Source: Bacteroidota bacterium (GTDB taxonomy: Bacteria > Bacteroidota > Bacteroidia > JABEUT01). Taken from it: a DNA stretch of 64,000 nt. This document shows positions 36,549 through 47,344 of the stretch, piece after piece. The translations under genes were made by a program, and so were the position numbers. Numbering within the stretch: the first letter of the stretch is position 1; every line of letters starts with the position of its first letter. The notes below the pieces were generated by a model that had not been told where the DNA came from, made no database searches, and worked only from the letters and a program-made list of their open reading frames with translations. Where the stretch lies: NCBI GenBank assembly GCA_013289475.1, contig JABCZW010000004.1, forward strand, positions 3,596 through 67,595, given 5' to 3'.

Positions 36549-37243
36549 ATGAGAAATGTTATTGTTATACTATGCTGTTTGATTCTGGCTGCAAAAAGCC
36601 TTTTAGCCCAACAAGGACGTATTGATACTACGGCACCTCATAACGGATTTAGAAATGTTATGACCTATGATGCCCATGATAATAAGGTAAGTGATATAGA
36701 ACAGGAGCTATTAAATGGCAAAATATTGGCATTAATACAGCTACCTATAACGATCACCATAAAGTATTAAGTTCCATATCCCAATATGGCTGGCAATGTT
36801 TTTTTACATACGATAAGCAGAATAACCCGGTAAACTTTATCAGGCAATACCGGCACGATTCTGGTTATGCGAATGTGGAACAGTACTTTTATACTTACGA
36901 TACCAATAATAAAAGGGCCAGCGAATTACTACAAACCTGGAATGGTACGGAGTGGGTAAATAAGTCGCAACAGTTTTTTAAGGATGATGTGCACTTAGCA
37001 CAAACCTGGGACGGAGAGCAATGGGTGAACAGCAGGCAAATTAAATATACTTATGATGACAGGGGTAATAACACGAGCCAATTAGCACAAAACTGGAACG
37101 GGAAAGAGTGGGTGAACAGCGAGCGTTGGACGTATGTCTTCGATGCCGATAATAATCAAACAAGTTATACCGACGAGGTATGGAATGGTACCCAATGGGG
37201 GCCATGGCAGCCGATGAGAGATGGGGTCCCGGGCAAGCAGTAA
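36549..37243 (+). pseudogene. degraded secreted repeat protein (W-[ND]-G-x-[EQ]-W-V-N repeats)
   Basis: The signal-peptide ORF 36549-36770 and ORF 36875-37243 are in different frames. The second frame is open back to about 36700, which implies a frameshift near 36700-36720. The repeats read WNGTEWVNKSQ, WDGEQWVNSRQ, WNGKEWVNSERW and WNGTQWGPW. Confidence 0.55.
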
Positions 37244-37755
37244 CCCATTTGAATATCGATCAACGAACGGCGAAGCCCTCACGAGTAATACCGAAGTTCA
37301 GGAAAATTTAATTTGTTTTAAACCGTTGAAAAAAAATGCGGGGCATTACATTATATTAGATACAATGCTTTACCCCACCACTCAAGGGCTGCCCCGCAAG
37401 AACAAAACTACATTAAATTGGTTTCATGAAACCTGATATTTATCAATTTCTTTAAAATGCTTCTTTAACTATTAAAAGCTTATACAAAATACGGGTATAA
37501 TGGTATCAAATAACAAGATAAGTTATACCGATGAAGTATGGAACGGTACCCAATGGGGCCTAACGGCTACCAATGAGAGATGGTGTTCCTGGAGAGTGAA
37601 CGGTAATAAATTTTAAAGGTCTGTAACCGACAATGCATAAAACTTGTAAAGCAGGAAGGATAAAAAAATGAGACCTATCCAGAATGCCACTCTGCGAATA
37701 TCATTTTCATTTCTGCCCGATACTATTCTTAAAATTGCCTTCATATTTGTTGTGT

Positions 37756-39693
37756 TTAGTTGCTTCGTGTTTTAATAAATTTTTGTTGCTGTATATTGTT
37801 TTCCGTTGTTATACGCAGCAGGTATACACCTTCTGTCAATTGGCTGGTGTTTATATTGCCTCCCGGAGCTAATTGATTTGCATTGTATACAGTTTGCCCC
37901 ATGCAGTTTATTATTTCCACCCTGGTAATATTGTCGTTCTTTCCCAGTTGAATGTTTAAATTATCTGTTACCGGGTTAGGGTAAATGGTAAGTGCTGAAA
38001 CTGTGGATTGGAATTTGACAGGCTTCACACCGAACGTTTCAGATTTTCCGTCAAAATCGGTTTGCTTAATACGGTAATAGAGTGTTCCATTTCCGTTTAC
38101 CTTGTTGGCAGCATTATCGTCTATAAAAGAATAATAAATTGTTTTATCGCTATTGCCTGCGCCTTTTATGGTCCCTATATTTTCCCAGTTCGATCCGTCT
38201 TTGCTACGCATAACCGTAAAATAATTGTTGTTTATTTCGGTGGCTGTCGCCCATGTAAGTTTTGCCGTTACTCCTGCGGCTTGTGCGTCAAAGCTTAGTA
38301 AGCCAATAGGTAAGCCTGAATTGGCTGGTACGGTTACCGTTGCAGAAACCACAGAACCTGCCCAGTCGGTTACTGTTACAGTATATGTGCCTGCTGCCAG
38401 CCCAATGGCAGTATCGGTAGTTTGTGCATTTGGGTCAGACCATAAATAAGTGTAATAACCGTCTCCAGAGGGGCTCTGCATCCCTCCTGTCGGGTTTGCG
38501 GTTGCAATGCCGTCACTGTCTCCGCTGGAACTTACATTGGCTACCACACTTGCGGTTGTATTTAACAATGTATCTGCAAAAATATAACCTTCGCCCACTC
38601 CACTACCGGCAGTAGCAACGCCAACCATACCATACAACATGTTTCCCGAAATTACAACATTACCTTGTGGGCTTCCACCTGTAATCGGGTATTGATAGAA
38701 TTCCCATAAAGCAGTATATCCGCTTCCATCGGGATGCACAGAGAAAACATTTCCATAACTCGATTCTGCCGCGCTTGACATTCCATACAATAAGCCATTA
38801 TAAGCCGTTAATGAGCCAAAGGCAAGACTAGCATCTGCCACACCACCCGAGAGGTTGCTGCCACCAACAATAGCCCCGGAATTAAGCAGCACTGTAAACC
38901 CGCTTCCATCGGTATGGATGGAGAAAATAGTACCACCTCCGGATGTTCCTCCATATATCCCTCCATAATATGTCATTCCGTATAACAAACCATTATAAAG
39001 GATCAATGAACCGTGTGGAGATGCTCCGGTTAAAAGGCTAAAATCGAACATTTCCTTGTATCCGCTCCCATCGGTACGTATACAAAAGATATTACCATAT
39101 CCGGTACTTCCATATGTAGCCATTCCGAACAAGGTATCTCCGGTAACGGAAGCGGTTAATGAGCCAACTAAATTAGAGCCAACAATTACAGGGGTAGCCA
39201 TGGTGTGCAGCGTTGTAAATCCGCTTCCGTTGGTATCTATCGAGAAAATAGTACCATTTCCCTGACTTTTTGTTCCATAAAACTTACCGCCTAAAAGGGT
39301 TAATGAGCCTTCAGGTCCGCTGCCTATTTCTGCCAAAACTTTAAACCCGCTTCCATTGGTATGAATGGAGAAAATGACACCAAGGTAAGGTGTCATACCA
39401 TATAATATATTTCCGGAAAGGATAAGATTACCAATAGGAAATTCGCCATCAGTTGTAATAAAACTATGCAGTACCTGGTACCCGCTTCCATCTTTATTCA
39501 TTGAAAATATACAACCTCCACCAAGTGTGCCTCCAAGTTTTGACATCCCAAATAAGGTGTCTCCTGTAACAGAAAGAGTTAATGAACTTTTAGGATTTCC
39601 GACGCCAAAATCATGCAGGTCCGCAAATTGAGCATTAGCTGTTCCTATTCCTAAACAGAACAAAGCAAATACTAACAAGTTAATTTTTTTCAT
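37756..39693 (-). CDS. T9SS cargo with Gloeo_Verruco (GloVer, TIGR03803-like) tandem repeats
   Basis: 645 aa. About 7 repeats of the type G..L[YF]GM....GG..G.G.IFS...DGSG[YF]..L. Ends in the C-terminal YPNPV...GVYLLRI...KFIK sorting domain. Confidence 0.8.
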   Translation of the reverse strand: MKKINLLVFALFCLGIGTANAQFADLHDFGVGNPKSSLTLSVTGDTLFGMSKLGGTLGGGCIFSMNKDGSGYQVLHSFITTDGEFPIGNLILSGNILYGMTPYLGVIFSIHTNGSGFKVLAEIGSGPEGSLTLLGGKFYGTKSQGNGTIFSIDTNGSGFTTLHTMATPVIVGSNLVGSLTASVTGDTLFGMATYGSTGYGNIFCIRTDGSGYKEMFDFSLLTGASPHGSLILYNGLLYGMTYYGGIYGGTSGGGTIFSIHTDGSGFTVLLNSGAIVGGSNLSGGVADASLAFGSLTAYNGLLYGMSSAAESSYGNVFSVHPDGSGYTALWEFYQYPITGGSPQGNVVISGNMLYGMVGVATAGSGVGEGYIFADTLLNTTASVVANVSSSGDSDGIATANPTGGMQSPSGDGYYTYLWSDPNAQTTDTAIGLAAGTYTVTVTDWAGSVVSATVTVPANSGLPIGLLSFDAQAAGVTAKLTWATATEINNNYFTVMRSKDGSNWENIGTIKGAGNSDKTIYYSFIDDNAANKVNGNGTLYYRIKQTDFDGKSETFGVKPVKFQSTVSALTIYPNPVTDNLNIQLGKNDNITRVEIINCMGQTVYNANQLAPGGNINTSQLTEGVYLLRITTENNIQQQKFIKTRSN

Positions 39694-39779
39694 GTTGGGA
39701 GTTTTACAAATTCAGGGATAGCGTTACTGATTTATTGCAGCAAAACTATTACCTGAACGTAAGAACACCTATGAAATAA

Positions 39780-39799
39780 GGGGGACAAGAAGTGGACAA
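39780..39799 (-). promoter_or_regulatory. tandem TTGTCCMC direct repeats (11-bp phase) upstream of the GloVer T9SS gene
   Basis: The minus strand reads TTGTCCAC-TTC-TTGTCCCCC, 87-106 nt upstream of the ATG at 39693. The same motif pair occurs at 41162-41180. Confidence 0.45.
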
Positions 39800-39825
39800 C
39801 ACTAATTATTAATAATGAATTCTGT

Positions 39826-40212
39826 TTATTCGCTTACGAATTTCAAGGCTTCATCATAGGTGTTGAATAACCTGGTGCTATTGCCCTGCATGCGAGATAT
39901 ACGGTACAGTGCCAATACAACCGGCCCCATTCCAATACCTGCTTTGTGCGTTACTTTTTTACTTCCGTATTTAGCTACCTGCATGGCATAATAAACCATA
40001 CGCGGAGTAAATTTTATACCGGTAAGGTCTATAACAGCGCGTATTTCATCAAAGGGAGACTGGAAGGTTACAGTGCGCATATACTGTGTGCAGGCAATAA
40101 ATTCTTCTTCTGTTGTACCTTTCAGGTCAATGGCAAGAATATGCTTTCCGTTAACGGTGAGCCATTGAAAATGTTTTTCAATTTTTTTTAATATTTCCTT
40201 GTCTGTTACCAT
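39826..40212 (-). CDS. hypothetical protein, possibly STAS/SpoIIAA-like fold
   Basis: 128 aa and soluble. It ends ...LFNTYDEALKFVSE, which resembles STAS-like C-termini. The assignment is weak. Confidence 0.45.
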   Translation of the reverse strand: MVTDKEILKKIEKHFQWLTVNGKHILAIDLKGTTEEEFIACTQYMRTVTFQSPFDEIRAVIDLTGIKFTPRMVYYAMQVAKYGSKKVTHKAGIGMGPVVLALYRISRMQGNSTRLFNTYDEALKFVSE

Positions 40213-40238
40213 ATACCGGCGGCTATTTTAATGAGTCA

Positions 40239-41096
40239 TCAAACATTATTGATAAACTCCCGTAATGATTGTGACTCAGCAAGCCCGAGTTTTTTCTTTA
40301 AGCGTGTCTGCGCTTTTTTTACACTTTGGTGATCAATAGAGAATAAGACAGCTACCTGCTTATTATCTAATCCCATTTTCAGGCAGGCGCAATGTTTTTT
40401 ATCGGTAAGCGAAAGGGAAGCTATTTTATCAAGTTTAGCAATAAAATCGGGTTGAGTTTTATTAAAATAAGAGAAGAACGATTCAATGCGTTCATCTTCA
40501 TTCATGAACCGCCTGATGGTGTTCTTCAGTTCAATAACGCTGTCGGTGAAATTGGCTGTATTCATTTTCTCAAGGCATGAATGAATATAATACAGCTCAC
40601 TGTTTTTTTTCATCATCAGCATGGTATACGAACTTAGCTCGCGGTCGCGGGCAGTTAATTCACGGTTGAAAAAATCATTCAGGTCATCTAAGGTAGATGC
40701 ATGATGATATTGTGAGCCGACCTTCAGATACTGTCTTGACTCCAGTGCATTTTCTACCATTTCAACCAATTCAGTACCCTTCACTTTTTCAGTAACATAT
40801 AGATCTACTTCAGGGTAAATTTCATGATTCGAGAATTTTTCCGGTACCTGCATAATGATTGGCGGGTAATCGGTAGCGGTTTTTATTTGTTGCGATATTA
40901 ATAGTATCAGGGGGGTATTATCGGGCAAAAGAAAGTTTTGGTCTAATATCAGGAGGTCATAACGCTTTAAATAGCCCGAATCAAATTTTTCAGGACTGCT
41001 AAGCTCACGAATAACTTTATGCCCTTCGTCAGAAAGCGCTTTAAGCACTTTGCTTGCAAAATCTTTCTTATGGCTTAACAGTAGAATTTTAGACAT
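40239..41096 (-). CDS. LuxR/GerE-type HTH transcriptional regulator with atypical receiver-like N-terminus
   Basis: C-terminal LTDKKHCACLKMGLDNKQVAVLFSIDHQSVKKAQTRLKKKLG. The N-terminal MSKILLLSHKK...DLLILD region lacks the usual acidic pair. The start is set at the ATG at 41096. The tracked extension translates the TTGTCCCC repeats. Confidence 0.7.
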   Translation of the reverse strand: MSKILLLSHKKDFASKVLKALSDEGHKVIRELSSPEKFDSGYLKRYDLLILDQNFLLPDNTPLILLISQQIKTATDYPPIIMQVPEKFSNHEIYPEVDLYVTEKVKGTELVEMVENALESRQYLKVGSQYHHASTLDDLNDFFNRELTARDRELSSYTMLMMKKNSELYYIHSCLEKMNTANFTDSVIELKNTIRRFMNEDERIESFFSYFNKTQPDFIAKLDKIASLSLTDKKHCACLKMGLDNKQVAVLFSIDHQSVKKAQTRLKKKLGLAESQSLREFINNV

Positions 41097-41161
41097 GATC
41101 ACTTTGTTGGTTTTACCGCCAAAATACATCCCAAAAATATCAAATTGTAAATAAGGCGAAA

Positions 41162-41180
41162 GGGGACAAACGGGGGACAA
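41162..41180 (-). promoter_or_regulatory. tandem TTGTCCCC direct repeats (11-bp phase) upstream of the LuxR-type gene
   Basis: The minus strand reads TTGTCCCCCG-T-TTGTCCCC. After 22 nt comes TATTTTTG (a TAnnTTTG -7 box at 41132-41139). Confidence 0.45.
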
Positions 41181-41303
41181 GTATTTCTATAATTACTATA
41201 CCAATAACAAAAGGGAGTTACTGCAATGGAAGGAGTGGATGAGAATTGAGAAATATATTGTTATGAGAGATTTATAATCAGAGCATTAAGCATGCCCCGG
41301 CTA

Positions 41304-42032
41304 TCACCAGAACGAAAAATCTACATTGACTTGTCCATAATAACCACTCCATACATATATGTTTGAAAGGGTGTACATATAACCACCATTGGCTCCTACA
41401 AACATATTTTTCATGGCGTAGAATTGTATGCCGGCCATTGCTATTACGTATGCAGTGGCTTGCTTGTTCTGTACAAAGCAACCTGATTCAATACCAAAGT
41501 CAGGGACAAGGAACACCCGTTCAGGATTTTTTTCAAGAGATAGGGTTAGCCCTAATGACATATTAAGAATAGACCGTTCGTTTTCTTTAGTACTGCTCAT
41601 TAACCCGATTTTTCCATAAAAGCGCGCATGGCTTGGCCCATCATCATCGTTATTATGCACCTTGCCATAAAAAAGATATTCTACTGCAAGGCCGGAATAT
41701 GCCCCTACAGAGTCAGAGCGTTTGGGTACATAATATTGGTAAACAAAGCCAGGCATAAAAGAAGTTTCAAAGTAATATACACTGTTATATTTTTCATTAC
41801 TTATCCATTTATGTTTAAACCAGGTGCTGTCTCCGTATGAATCGCCATCTTTTAACCTGATCTTATGATCATCTCCCAATTTATACAAATCAGTAACGGC
41901 ATAACGTGTTCCCTCAAAATATGTCGAATCTTTCTTGTAGTGGCTTTCATATCCGTAGTAACGTTGCGCATTAATTGTGGTTTGGCAGATAAATAAAAGT
42001 ACTACCGTTGACAAATAGATAAGTTTTTTCAT
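41304..42032 (-). CDS. hypothetical outer-membrane beta-barrel-like protein
   Basis: 242 aa. Has a signal peptide (TINAQ), alternating aromatic/Gly composition and a C-terminal ...VDFSFW. Confidence 0.6.
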   Translation of the reverse strand: MKKLIYLSTVVLLFICQTTINAQRYYGYESHYKKDSTYFEGTRYAVTDLYKLGDDHKIRLKDGDSYGDSTWFKHKWISNEKYNSVYYFETSFMPGFVYQYYVPKRSDSVGAYSGLAVEYLFYGKVHNNDDDGPSHARFYGKIGLMSSTKENERSILNMSLGLTLSLEKNPERVFLVPDFGIESGCFVQNKQATAYVIAMAGIQFYAMKNMFVGANGGYMYTLSNIYVWSGYYGQVNVDFSFW

Positions 42033-42380
42033 AATGCCTTTAATTTAGTGAGTAATGAGTATTAGTGTCATGTATGGTTCAGTGGCGTGTAGCAAATGTA
42101 ACTATAAGAATTATAATAATCAATTTATAGGTTACAACGAAATGTGTTTTCGGGTTGTTGAAAACTATATAAACATTTTAAACCCAATAATAAATAAAAT
42201 GTTTAATTTTGCTCACTGATAATCTAACTTAAAATTACGGGGTTCGCGAGGGCTTCGCCGTTGCCATCTTTAGCCGCTTATTCATATTTATATAGGAATG
42301 AAAACAGAAAGAGTAAAGGATAGATTATGTTCCGGCTCAGTTTGCTGCGACATCTATTTTAATGTTTTGGCATATATGAA

Positions 42381-42477
42381 CGGGTTGACACGGGTTGACA
42401 CTTTTGGGGTGTTTTAAAATTGCAAATTACTAATTATCAATGAATTACAAAAATAAATGCCCCAAAAGTGTCAACCC
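42381..42477. repeat. tandem 10-mer plus perfect 18-bp inverted repeat upstream of groES
   Basis: CGGGTTGACA occurs twice in tandem (42381-42400). GGGTTGACACTTTTGGGG (42392-42409) is the exact reverse complement of CCCCAAAAGTGTCAACCC (42460-42477). The 50-nt spacer is AT-rich. Confidence 0.85.
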
Positions 42478-42678
42478 ACAAATTTTGGTGATTATGAGGC
42501 GTTTAACTAAAAGCGATAGATAAATAAACAAAGCTGGCAGGTGTTATGCTTTTTTGGCATAGATTCGCGTTCCCAAGTGAAAAAATGGCACCTCTGAGCA
42601 CTTGGCATAGAAATTGACAGTATACGAAGCAGAGAACTAATTAAACATTAATATAACAATTCTAAATCTAAAAAAATC

Positions 42679-42966
42679 ATGGCAAAAAAAGTAAACTTCG
42701 TACCTCAGGGCGACCGCGTATTGGTTGAGGCTGCTGAGGCAGAAAGCAAAACATCGGGTGGTATTATTATACCTGATACTGCTAAGGAAAAACCCCAAAA
42801 GGGAGTGGTAGTGGCAGTAGGCCCGGGCAAAAAGAAAGATGAGCCTGTAACCCTAAAAGTAGGCGATAAAGTACTTTACGGAAAATATTCGGGCACCGAG
42901 ATTGGCATAGATGGTAAAGAATACCTGATTATGCGCCAGGATGACGTTTTAGGATACTTTGAATAA
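42679..42966 (+). CDS. groES: co-chaperonin GroES
   Basis: 95 aa with PQGDRVLVE...[18 protein letters not shown]. Confidence 0.97.
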   Translation: MAKKVNFVPQGDRVLVEAAEAESKTSGGIIIPDTAKEKPQKGVVVAVGPGKKKDEPVTLKVGDKVLYGKYSGTEIGIDGKEYLIMRQDDVLGYFE

Positions 42967-43086
42967 TAATAACCAATTTGGTAACTCGGCTATTTGATAA
43001 TTTGATGATTGTAGAACCAATTTGTCATTATCAAATTACCAAACTATCAAATCATCAAATTAAATCAATAACAATAAATACAATAA

Positions 43087-44727
<1,641 letters not shown>

Positions 44728-44760
44728 TAGTCAGGCATCGCTTTATAATTTATGAGAAGC

Positions 44761-44799
44761 CCCGGTTTCCGATATCCATCGGAAACCGGGCTTTTTTTT
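44761..44799 (+). terminator. rho-independent terminator after groEL
   Basis: CCCGGTTTCCGAT-atcc-ATCGGAAACCGGG forms a 13-bp stem and is followed by CTTTTTTTT. Confidence 0.85.
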
Positions 44800-44901
44800 A
44801 AAAGGAATAGAGAGTAATTAAGAAGGCTTTGTGAATAACTGCAAAATGCCCAAAATTGCCCAGTATGGAAAGAATGTTAATTTTGTAAGGATATTGAAGT
44901 C

Positions 44902-45594
44902 ATGACATCTATTACACGTGAGATTTACAAAGGTTTTTTTAAACCTTTTTTAGTTTTATTATTTGTGGGTTTCTCGTCCGTTTCTTTCGGGCAGGAAGCT
45001 TCAGGGAATAGCGCCGGTTCATCGCCCGCCGATGAAATGGATATTTTTGGGTTGGGCGTTGGTTATGGCGGTGGTTTAGGAGGCCCCGGTGTATCGTACA
45101 GTTTATTGCCAAATTATTCCGGTACAACATCTCCTGGCTTTATGCTTTCATACGAACATAAGTTTGCTAAACAATTTGGTATCGGCGCCAGCTTTTCTGT
45201 TGCCAGTGCATCGTATACCGGTAATAACATACCGTACAACATTATTGATCCGTTTGGAAAACCTTTGGGCTCGGGTAATCTTAATAATAAAGTGAATGCA
45301 ACTTACCTTGGTTTAGCAAGCAGGCCTCTTTACCACTTTAAAGGCAGCGATAAGTTTGATCCATATGGAGGCTTGATATTTGGTTTTACATTTACTTCTA
45401 TGTCATCATCTACGACCACAAACCAGGGAACATATAATTCTCATGAATTTTACCCGGGTATCTTGTTCGGAGTAGTTGCGGGTGGAAGATATGCAGTATC
45501 TAAAAAGATACTAATATGGCTCGAATTGAGTTATTCAGGTATGCCTGACTATTTGGCTAACATAGGTGTAGCATATAAGCTAACCAGGTTCTAA
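44902..45594 (+). CDS. outer-membrane beta-barrel protein (OmpW/porin-like)
   Basis: 230 aa. Has a signal peptide (SFGQE), Gly/aromatic-rich strands and a C-terminal ...AYKLTRF. Confidence 0.6.
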   Translation: MTSITREIYKGFFKPFLVLLFVGFSSVSFGQEASGNSAGSSPADEMDIFGLGVGYGGGLGGPGVSYSLLPNYSGTTSPGFMLSYEHKFAKQFGIGASFSVASASYTGNNIPYNIIDPFGKPLGSGNLNNKVNATYLGLASRPLYHFKGSDKFDPYGGLIFGFTFTSMSSSTTTNQGTYNSHEFYPGILFGVVAGGRYAVSKKILIWLELSYSGMPDYLANIGVAYKLTRF

Positions 45595-45635
45595 ATAATA
45601 TCGCCTATGGGCGGTTATGGTTATTTAAAAAGATT

Positions 45636-46619
45636 TTGAAAGTCCTTATTATTCAAACAGCATTTATTGGTGATGTAATACTGGCAACACCGGTTGTAGA
45701 AAAACTGTACCAGCATTTTCCCGATGCTCAAATTGATTTCCTGCTCCGCAAAGGCAATGAATCATTATTTGAGAAACATCCTTATCTGAATAATGTCATA
45801 GTATGGGATAAGAAGGCCGGTAAATACTCAGCGCTTTCCCGCATCATATCTGAAGTAAGGAAAGCTAAATATGACAAGGTAATAAACCTTCATCGCTTTG
45901 GTAGCTCGGGCTTGGTAACATTCCTTTCGGGTGCGAAAGAAAAGATTGGGTTTGATAAGAACCCCTTCTCATTCTGCTATACAAGGAAAGTGCAGCATAT
46001 TATAGGTGATGGTAAACATGAAGTAGAAAGGAACCTGGAGTTAGTTGCTTCGTTTACTGATACTGGAATGCAATTGCCAAGGTTATATCCTCAGCCTACT
46101 GATTACGAATCGGTCGCCCTGTACAAAGCGAAGCCATATATATGTGTTGCGCCTTCATCGGTATGGTTTACCAAGCAGTTCCCTGCCAATAAGTGGATAG
46201 AGTTTTTAGATAGACTGGAGAGTAAATACAAAGTTTACTTATTAGGCGCTGGCGGTGATATCGAGCTTTGTAATCAAATCATTCAGTCGACTAAGAATAA
46301 ACAAGTAAAGAACCTTGCCGGTAAATTATCATTCCTTCAGTCGGCGGCATTAATAAATGATGCAGTAATGAATTATGTAAATGATTCAGCACCTATGCAT
46401 ATAGCCTCAGCTATGGATGCCCCGGTAACGGCAGTATATTGTTCAACGGTTCCTGTATTTGGTTTTGGGCCGCTTTCTAAAAAATCGTTTATAATTGAAA
46501 CTGAAGAAAAGTTGGATTGCCGCCCATGTGGCTTGCACGGATATAAGGCCTGCCCTAAAGGCCATTTTAAATGTGCTACCACTATTAAAACTGAAAGACT
46601 GCTGAAAGTATTGGAGTAG
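45636..46619 (+). CDS. glycosyltransferase family 9 (heptosyltransferase-like)
   Basis: 327 aa. Uses a TTG start, then KVLIIQTAFIGDVILATP, and later NDSAPMHIA. Confidence 0.8.
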   Translation: MKVLIIQTAFIGDVILATPVVEKLYQHFPDAQIDFLLRKGNESLFEKHPYLNNVIVWDKKAGKYSALSRIISEVRKAKYDKVINLHRFGSSGLVTFLSGAKEKIGFDKNPFSFCYTRKVQHIIGDGKHEVERNLELVASFTDTGMQLPRLYPQPTDYESVALYKAKPYICVAPSSVWFTKQFPANKWIEFLDRLESKYKVYLLGAGGDIELCNQIIQSTKNKQVKNLAGKLSFLQSAALINDAVMNYVNDSAPMHIASAMDAPVTAVYCSTVPVFGFGPLSKKSFIIETEEKLDCRPCGLHGYKACPKGHFKCATTIKTERLLKVLE

Positions 46620-46626
46620 TAAAAGC

Positions 46627-47340
46627 CTACCTGCCGATGAGGAAGACTGTCGGATGATCGTTGAAGCTTTGTTTCTCAGAACGCCACTCCTTTATTGTTT
46701 TTGTGTGAATGTACTCGGTGGATAAAGTGATATCGGAAGCAATACAGAGAAGGGTTTCAGGCCTGCAGGTGCTTAGTATATCTTGCAGCAAAGCGTCGTT
46801 TCGGTAAGGGGCTTCTATAAATATCTGGGTTTGGTTCTCTTTATAAATGGCTGTTTCAAGTTGCCTTATTTTCAATCCTTTTTCAGGCTGTTTCTTAGGT
46901 AAGTAACCATGAAATGCAAACCCTTGTCCGTTCAGGCCCGATGATATAAGGGCGAGCAGGATAGAGGATGGGCCAACCAGTGGCACCACTTTAATACCAT
47001 GTTTGTGCGCAAGCCTGACTACCTCAGCTCCCGGGTCAGCAATGCCCGGGCAGCCTGCATCAGACAGTAACCCAACATTCTTGCCTTTTAGCAGGCCATC
47101 AATATAGGGCTGTATTTGTCCTGATGAAGTGTGTTCGTTAAGTAAATGAAATAAGATTGAGTCGATTGGTTTGCTTGCCATCTTTACCAGAAATCTTCGT
47201 GCACTGCGCAGGTCCTCTACAATAAATTCATCCAACGATTGTATGATTTCTTTATTGGAGTTAGGTATAGAGCGCTCAATTACTGAATCGCCCAACAAAC
47301 TCGGTATGAGATATAAAGTACCTTTAACTATATTACTCAT
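46627..47340 (-). CDS. SAM-dependent methyltransferase, tetrapyrrole-methylase (RsmI-like) fold
   Basis: GTLYLIPSLLGD, LSDAGCPGIADPG and GPSS motifs. The start is set at MSNIVKG, 4 nt after the LMW-PTP stop. Confidence 0.7.
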   Translation of the reverse strand: MSNIVKGTLYLIPSLLGDSVIERSIPNSNKEIIQSLDEFIVEDLRSARRFLVKMASKPIDSILFHLLNEHTSSGQIQPYIDGLLKGKNVGLLSDAGCPGIADPGAEVVRLAHKHGIKVVPLVGPSSILLALISSGLNGQGFAFHGYLPKKQPEKGLKIRQLETAIYKENQTQIFIEAPYRNDALLQDILSTCRPETLLCIASDITLSTEYIHTKTIKEWRSEKQSFNDHPTVFLIGR

Positions 47341-47344
47341 CAAA

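Noticed and set aside
37625-37790. TGTAAC...TGTAAAG sequence at 37625-37654, resembling blocks A and B of the shared promoter module, followed by a 35-aa ORF (MRPIQNATL...)
   Set aside because: The spacing between the two TGTAA elements is 17 nt instead of 15. There is no GTGA element and no CAYYTTTG box at the expected offsets. The small ORF has no support.
41097-41180. Tracked start at 41180 for the LuxR-type ORF (MSPVCPLSPYLQ...)
   Set aside because: The extension translates the TTGTCCCC repeat and the predicted -7 box. The ATG at 41096 (MSKILLLSHKK) gives a normal receiver-like N-terminus downstream of the promoter.
42590-42602. Possible CIRCE (HrcA operator) half-site (GAGCACTT) upstream of groES
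   Set aside because: Only a partial half-site is present. There is no TTAGCACTC-N9-GAGTGCTAA inverted repeat.
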